Source of the DNA: a virus
Lineage: Duplodnaviria; Caudoviricetes
Length of the DNA stretch: 59,019 bases
Direction: 5' to 3' (one strand)
IMG/VR virus record: IMGVR_UViG_3300031716_000008
Location: 1 to 59,019 of that record
The notes under the pieces were generated by a model, which was given only the letters and a program-made list of their open reading frames with translations, did no database searches and had not been told where the DNA came from. Below, in pieces: positions 54,032 to 59,019 of the stretch. Position 1 is the first letter of the stretch. Each line of letters begins with the position of its first letter. Made by a program: the position numbers and the translations under genes.

Positions 54032-56914
54032 CTAAACAACTAAGTGCAATTCGATGTTGTTAAGCGGCGCTGGCAAAACTAGGTCGACCACGATCACGAC
54101 CCGGTCCGCCAGCAAGTCGTGAATCTTCGGATAACCGTCGCGGATCGAGCCGTCGATGATCTGAGCCCCCAGCTCCTCGGTGAAACCGTTGACCATCAGG
54201 AACTTGATCACCTGGTCGCACTCGTACTTCAGCTTGCGGAGCATCACGGGCGTGACGTTCGCACGGCCGATGAACGGACGCAGCCGGTTGAGGAACAAGT
54301 AGGAGATCGAGTCCAAGTTGCGGCGGATCGATTCCTCCCAATGCTTCAGATCGGTCGTGTCAGTCGTCAGGGCGTGTCGTGTGTGCGGGGTGCCATCGCG
54401 ATCTTCAGTCGCGATCCAGACGCCGCCGTCATCGAGATTGTCGAGCTGCGTGCCGCTGAAGAAGTCGGTCGTGCGAGATGCCAAATCGTCAAAGCCGGCA
54501 ATCTCGACATTGGTCAGCGGCTGGTGCGGTAGGACGCCCGAAGCGAGGCCCGCCAGGGCAGCGCAAAGGAAGTAGCCGTCTTGAGTGTTGCCACCAGTAC
54601 CGACGAGGTCCGGCCAGACGGCACAGACGCGGCGATCGGCAAAGGCCTGGGCTTGGTCCTTGAGATCGTCGACGATTTCATTCTTGGTGTTCGTGTGCCA
54701 GATTTCGACCTTCTGGGCGACGGTGACCGGCTCGCTGTTGCCGGCCAGGAGGAGCAGCGTGTTCTCGGACAGCACGCGATCCACCACGAACTCGGTGTAG
54801 CTCGTGTTGCCGAAGGCGTCGATCGTGTACAGGAAGCGGACGATGTCGCCGGCCTGCACGCCGTAGGTCAGGAAGCCGCCGTTGGCAGCGGGCACACGCA
54901 GCCGCGTGTACTGCGTGCCGGAGGCCTGCGGATTGTCGTCGAGGGTGGCCAGGACGACGTTGCCGTCGGTGGACGTCGGGTGGAGGAGCTGGGTATCGGC
55001 GTCGCTCTGACCTACGACCATTTTGGCGGAGGTTGCTTGGAGGCCGATGAACATCGCCTTCCAGTTGCCCGCCTCGGGCGAGGACTCGCTCGTGACGTGG
55101 GCGTGGAAGAGATTGAGGACTTCGGCGTCGTGGGTCAGCGGCGCGAAGTTGTAAACGTCGTTGCGACCGTCGACGCGGTCGATGACGTTCTGCCAACTGT
55201 CGAGGCTCGACGGATCGGCGACGGCCGTGTAGGCCACGTCGGTGCCGTTGCTGTTGAGCAGCGCACGGAACACGCCCCACTTGAGCGGATTGGCTTCGTC
55301 GAGCTGGCCCGGGATTTCATCCAGGTTGGCCGTGTCGTTGATGAAGCCGATGGTGCCGGTGAGGGCCGTTAGCCATTCGCGGTATTCGATGTACTGGGTG
55401 CCGCCAAAGACAGGCATGGCCTGCTCGACGCCGTTGAGCGTCCAGGTGGCATCGTAGGCAGTGATGCCGTCGGCAACGCAGAGCTGGGTCTCTTCGATTG
55501 TGTAGTTGGTCAGCGGCGGATCGCTCAGACGATTCTCGGTGACCTCGATGTTCTTCACGATGAACAGCCGCAGATCGAGATCGGAGGCGGCCAGCAGCTC
55601 GTCCGGCAGATCGTCACGGAGGACGAGCGTGTGGATGGCACCGTTGGAGCCGGAGACGACGGTGATGTAAAACTTGTCGCCCTTGCGGAGGCCGGCGATG
55701 GTGCTGTCGCCGCCGAAGTCATCACCCTCGAAGGCAGCCTCGGACGAGTTGCTACCGAAGCAATCGACAAACTTGGCGGTCACGCCCCACGAGCCGATCG
55801 GGAACTCAGTGTTCGCGTCGGTGATGGTGGTCGGACCGGATTGATCGAGACCTTTGGCGGTGGTCACGGAGATTTGGGGCAGCTCGGCCCACGATCCGCC
55901 TTTGACCACCGTGAGCACGTAGGTGTCGTCGAAGGGACCGTCGTAGGTGCCGCCAGACTGAATACAGGCCCGCTCGAAGTCCTGGCAGACGCTGACTTCC
56001 CATTTCTGGCCGATCGCCAGCTCGGCGGACGGCACACCCTCGGACGAGGCACTGAGCGAGCAGTTGCCCGGCGTGTTGTCGAAGGTCACCGTCAGGCCGC
56101 GACTGCCGATGTCCGTCGGCTCGCCGAAGTCGGCGACTTCGACTTCCGTAGCATTGTCGGTGCCACTGGCTGAAGTGACGCGGAGCCGGGCCGCATTGCA
56201 ACCAGCTACGCTCGATTTGACCACTTCAATTGTGTACGTCTCGCAAACGTAACCGTCTGCGAGGCCATCGTAGGCAGCGGCATTGGCGGTCGCGCCGATG
56301 CAATTGACCGGTCCGTCAATGAACTCGATCGTCGCGCTGGCCGCGGTGGTCGGGGTGTTGTTGGCATCCTCGGAGGTAGCGGTGATCTGTCCGTCCGACT
56401 CGTCGGCGACGAAGTCTTTGACGTACGTCCACAACTCGATCTCTTCGCAGGCGGCCTCGTCGTCGTTGACGCCGCGGATATAGACGCGATCGCCGACGGC
56501 TACGTCGCGGTCGTTGAACAGACCGCTGCGAGAGAACTCCCCGTTGGTCTTGTATGACAGAGTGCTCGACTTGATTTGGTTGGTATGGCCTTCTACCGGC
56601 GTGACCGTGCCGCGGCCATGGCTGGTGTCGCCGATCAGGTCCTCGTGGTAGAGGAGCAGGGCGTCGTCGATGAACAATCGCACGGAGTCGTTGTCGACGA
56701 GCGAGCCGGCTGTGCGGCCTGGCCATGTGAAGCAGTTCTCCGTCAGGCGATCATACTCGCCGACGTTGATCAGCGCCTTCTCATCTGCCACGGCATAGCG
56801 ATGCAGCATCGCGTTTGGGCCGGAGATGTGGGCTCGCAGCGGATTGGTGACTTCCGAAGGAGTGAGCGTGAACTCTTGGAAGACGAGAACTTGTGGCTTG
56901 ACGATGGTGGGCAC
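54032..56914 (-). CDS. tail sheath protein with large inserted domains
   Basis: C-terminal AALAGLAS..PHQPLTN..RHALTT..EESIRRNLD..PAPLNNIELHL sheath pattern; 960 aa. Confidence 0.88.
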   Translation of the reverse strand: MPTIVKPQVLVFQEFTLTPSEVTNPLRAHISGPNAMLHRYAVADEKALINVGEYDRLTENCFTWPGRTAGSLVDNDSVRLFIDDALLLYHEDLIGDTSHGRGTVTPVEGHTNQIKSSTLSYKTNGEFSRSGLFNDRDVAVGDRVYIRGVNDDEAACEEIELWTYVKDFVADESDGQITATSEDANNTPTTAASATIEFIDGPVNCIGATANAAAYDGLADGYVCETYTIEVVKSSVAGCNAARLRVTSASGTDNATEVEVADFGEPTDIGSRGLTVTFDNTPGNCSLSASSEGVPSAELAIGQKWEVSVCQDFERACIQSGGTYDGPFDDTYVLTVVKGGSWAELPQISVTTAKGLDQSGPTTITDANTEFPIGSWGVTAKFVDCFGSNSSEAAFEGDDFGGDSTIAGLRKGDKFYITVVSGSNGAIHTLVLRDDLPDELLAASDLDLRLFIVKNIEVTENRLSDPPLTNYTIEETQLCVADGITAYDATWTLNGVEQAMPVFGGTQYIEYREWLTALTGTIGFINDTANLDEIPGQLDEANPLKWGVFRALLNSNGTDVAYTAVADPSSLDSWQNVIDRVDGRNDVYNFAPLTHDAEVLNLFHAHVTSESSPEAGNWKAMFIGLQATSAKMVVGQSDADTQLLHPTSTDGNVVLATLDDNPQASGTQYTRLRVPAANGGFLTYGVQAGDIVRFLYTIDAFGNTSYTEFVVDRVLSENTLLLLAGNSEPVTVAQKVEIWHTNTKNEIVDDLKDQAQAFADRRVCAVWPDLVGTGGNTQDGYFLCAALAGLASGVLPHQPLTNVEIAGFDDLASRTTDFFSGTQLDNLDDGGVWIATEDRDGTPHTRHALTTDTTDLKHWEESIRRNLDSISYLFLNRLRPFIGRANVTPVMLRKLKYECDQVIKFLMVNGFTEELGAQIIDGSIRDGYPKIHDLLADRVVIVVDLVLPAPLNNIELHLVV

Positions 56915-56934
56915 GTCGTAACCTCCCTGTTGGA
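56915..56934 (-). promoter_or_regulatory. SD in AGGGAG hairpin loop, putative CsrA site, tail sheath
   Basis: AAC-AGGGAG-GTT with outer GTC/GAC pairing. Confidence 0.55.
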
Positions 56935-56951
56935 CTTGCGATGTGTTTTAT

Positions 56952-57650
56952 TCAGCCGCCGTAGCCAATGAAATCGGATGCTCGGAAGACAATGCGTTTC
57001 AACCTCGGAGCTTCTTGTTCCAGGTACCAGGACTCCGGCACCAGGTAGGCGACGTCAACGGGGACGACATAGTGTTCAGTCGACTCCTTTAACGCTGCCA
57101 GGGCTCCAATACCGACAACCGTAAAAAACTGCAGATCGAATGCCGTGGTTATTTCTCTTCCGTACCACAACAACGTCTTGGCTACTTCCGTCGCTAAGCC
57201 CTGCGTCTCCGCGCCTTGCTTAGCAACGCAAAACAGGGTATGGGTTCCAGACCACTGACCAGAAAATTCTTCCCGGCCCGTGACCCAATCGGCGCTCCAA
57301 ACATTGCCGATCCCCATCCGCTTCCACTGCCACGCGCCTTCTTTAATGACGATGGCTGGTCGCGCTTCCATCAGCTCCGGTCGCCATCGAGCAATCGCTT
57401 CGATGTACACCCCGGAGGTTACTCCCTGATTCCAGGCTCCGTTGGTTTCTAAGTACCGGCGGAGATTGGGCAGGATGATCTGTGTCGGATCGACAAAGTG
57501 CTGGAGAAGAATCTGGCGGAGCATCCCCGAGATGACAGTCTGGTTGTGCCCGTAAGAGCACAGCGAGCTGAGGACCTTAAATCGATCCTCCGGGCTACTG
57601 CCCGGCGGATACGGCTCAGCGAGACTGCCCCTGGGGACATTCGGGGCCAT
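56952..57650 (-). CDS. tail terminator/neck protein (putative)
   Basis: RPAIVIK motif; directly upstream of sheath; GGAGG before ATG 57650. Confidence 0.6.
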   Translation of the reverse strand: MAPNVPRGSLAEPYPPGSSPEDRFKVLSSLCSYGHNQTVISGMLRQILLQHFVDPTQIILPNLRRYLETNGAWNQGVTSGVYIEAIARWRPELMEARPAIVIKEGAWQWKRMGIGNVWSADWVTGREEFSGQWSGTHTLFCVAKQGAETQGLATEVAKTLLWYGREITTAFDLQFFTVVGIGALAALKESTEHYVVPVDVAYLVPESWYLEQEAPRLKRIVFRASDFIGYGG

Positions 57651-57816
57651 TGATCGCCTCCCTGCTTGTAGCCCGGTTGAGACCGAGCGCTCCATCGACC
57701 ACTCTTTGGTTCGGTTCGTAAGTCGAGATATCGAGTGTCTTGATCAAACCTCGCTTGGCTAATTCGCCGGGCGTTAGCGGCGGCAATTTGGCCTGTGCTT
57801 GGTTGTCTCCGGACAC
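57616..57816 (-). CDS. small hypothetical protein
   Basis: GAGGAG upstream of GTG; fills the gap. Confidence 0.45.
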   Translation of the reverse strand: MSGDNQAQAKLPPLTPGELAKRGLIKTLDISTYEPNQRVVDGALGLNRATSREAINGPECPQGQSR

Positions 57817-57877
57817 TCGCTCTCTCCTCGCCCATAGAATAGGGGAAGCCCCCAGCGGTTACAACGGCAACTGCTGG

Positions 57878-59019
57878 CTAGAAGTCCCCGAAGTTGTTGA
57901 TAAAGCCCTGCACGCTGCAGTCAGAATTCGAGCTGCTGAGGCTGTTGGAAGCCCCTGGCGGCAATACGATTAGCTCCGTCGCATCGGGGCCAAATTCGCC
58001 TACTTTTTCGGCGTACATGATGTAATCGCCGGGGTCCAGGTTGACTGTGTTGACCCAGCGGCCGTTGGCCGTCGTGAACGTCGACGCGAGGGCAAAGGCG
58101 GCCGTGCGGTAACCAGCCTGGTAGTCCGCCTTCCGGAAAAACAGGATCGTCGCCCCTTCGATCCCGCAGCCGTCGGCCACCTGGTAGGCGTAGTTGTCGG
58201 GGCCGCCATAGTTGTGGTCCACCGCCACCGAGCCCGTGCCGACGCCGGGCATCTCGTCGTGCGGGTCCGCCTCGCCGCCGACCTGCAGCTTGTAGGCAAT
58301 GTCGGTGAAGGGGAGCTGGTGCATGGTGATGTCGGACAAGAGCGGTACGCCCCGCATGGCGGCCGTGTGCTTGACGACATCGATCGCGAACCGCAGGTCG
58401 GTGTGGTCCATAACCCAGATATCTTCGAGGGCGATCTGCGGGAACGCCGGCAGGTGGGCGATCGTCGTGCTCGGCTGCTGCTGACCTGGTGGCTGGGCGC
58501 CGTTACGTAGCTCCTGGATGGTCTCGGTCTCCAGCTTCAGGCACAGCCGCACCGGCGGGTGATAGCCGATTAAGATCCCGGTGCCCTTACAGAGCGGGCA
58601 ATAGCTGTCGGTGATCTCTTTGGTCAGCGAATCCAGGCAGCGTGTGCAGGCCGGCCCATACCGCCGGCGTTTGAGGAGCCAGCCCTCGGCCGCTACGAAC
58701 TGATCAGTGAGGTTGAACTTCCGGATGATCTCGCGCGCGAGCACCCAGTTACGTTCGTCGAGCATGCCCTCAGTTGGCGCTGGATGCGAGACATGCTTGG
58801 TGCCGGTCGAATCGGTGAGCACGACGCGGTAATGGGTCTCCAGCCGCTTGCCGTAGACTCGCTTGATATCATCTACCGCCAGGAATCCATCAATCACCGG
58901 GCCGCCTACGTTAATCCAGTCGGTGGCGTCGGGGAGTCCTGTCTTGCCGGCTTGCAATTGAAACGTCAGCGGGCCGCCGTCGCGAAAGGTCGGGAAAAGT
59001 TGCCACCAGACTCTACTAC
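57878..59019 (-). CDS. neck/head-completion protein (5' end outside window)
   Basis: Frame open to window edge; LKRRRYGPACTRC..CPLCKGTG..GYHPP motif. Confidence 0.65.
   Translation of the reverse strand, partial: SRVWWQLFPTFRDGGPLTFQLQAGKTGLPDATDWINVGGPVIDGFLAVDDIKRVYGKRLETHYRVVLTDSTGTKHVSHPAPTEGMLDERNWVLAREIIRKFNLTDQFVAAEGWLLKRRRYGPACTRCLDSLTKEITDSYCPLCKGTGILIGYHPPVRLCLKLETETIQELRNGAQPPGQQQPSTTIAHLPAFPQIALEDIWVMDHTDLRFAIDVVKHTAAMRGVPLLSDITMHQLPFTDIAYKLQVGGEADPHDEMPGVGTGSVAVDHNYGGPDNYAYQVADGCGIEGATILFFRKADYQAGYRTAAFALASTFTTANGRWVNTVNLDPGDYIMYAEKVGEFGPDATELIVLPPGASNSLSSSNSDCSVQGFINNFGDF

Noticed and set aside
35023-56914. Extracellular contractile injection system or T6SS (sheath, tube, VgrG-like, baseplate, AAA ATPase)
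   Set aside because: Terminase, neck genes, tape measure with chaperone frameshift, HNHs and many small phage ORFs indicate a true phage; the ATPase is Ycf46-like and far from the tail genes.
1-59019. CRISPR array, tRNA/rRNA genes, integrase or IS, alternative genetic code
   Set aside because: None seen by eye; genes are intact under the standard code with all three stop codons in use.

Overview
A 59 kb, high-GC segment of a large contractile-tailed (myovirus-type, probably jumbo) bacteriophage genome, almost entirely on the minus strand. A Planctomycetota host is inferred, not proven, from the CsrA and the Ycf46-AAA/DUF1257/DUF2997/'RRASHVE' gene set. The right half (about 23.4-59 kb) is a neck/tail/baseplate operon: sheath, tube, gp5/VgrG-like spike, tail chaperones with a -1 slippery site, tape measure, hub, gp25, baseplate J, five paralogous Cys-rich tail proteins, two glycosyltransferases, an embedded sigma factor and an HNH. 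The left half holds the terminase large subunit, a primase-like protein, CsrA, a gp88-like protein, an HNH and many small ORFs. Three observations stand out. (1) Six unrelated proteins clustered around the Ycf46-like AAA+ ATPase, including the ATPase itself, end in the same C-terminal peptide, G-[RK]-E-x-R-[AGS]-[IV]-D-[LI], a candidate tag/docking system. (2) The Shine-Dalgarno of about ten genes, mostly structural and including csrA, sits in an AGGGAG hairpin loop, the CsrA/Rsm binding architecture, suggesting a phage CsrA regulon. (3) Glycosyltransferases sit beside virion proteins that carry Ser-rich patches. No tRNA, rRNA or CRISPR array was seen. All family assignments are by eye; no database search was run.
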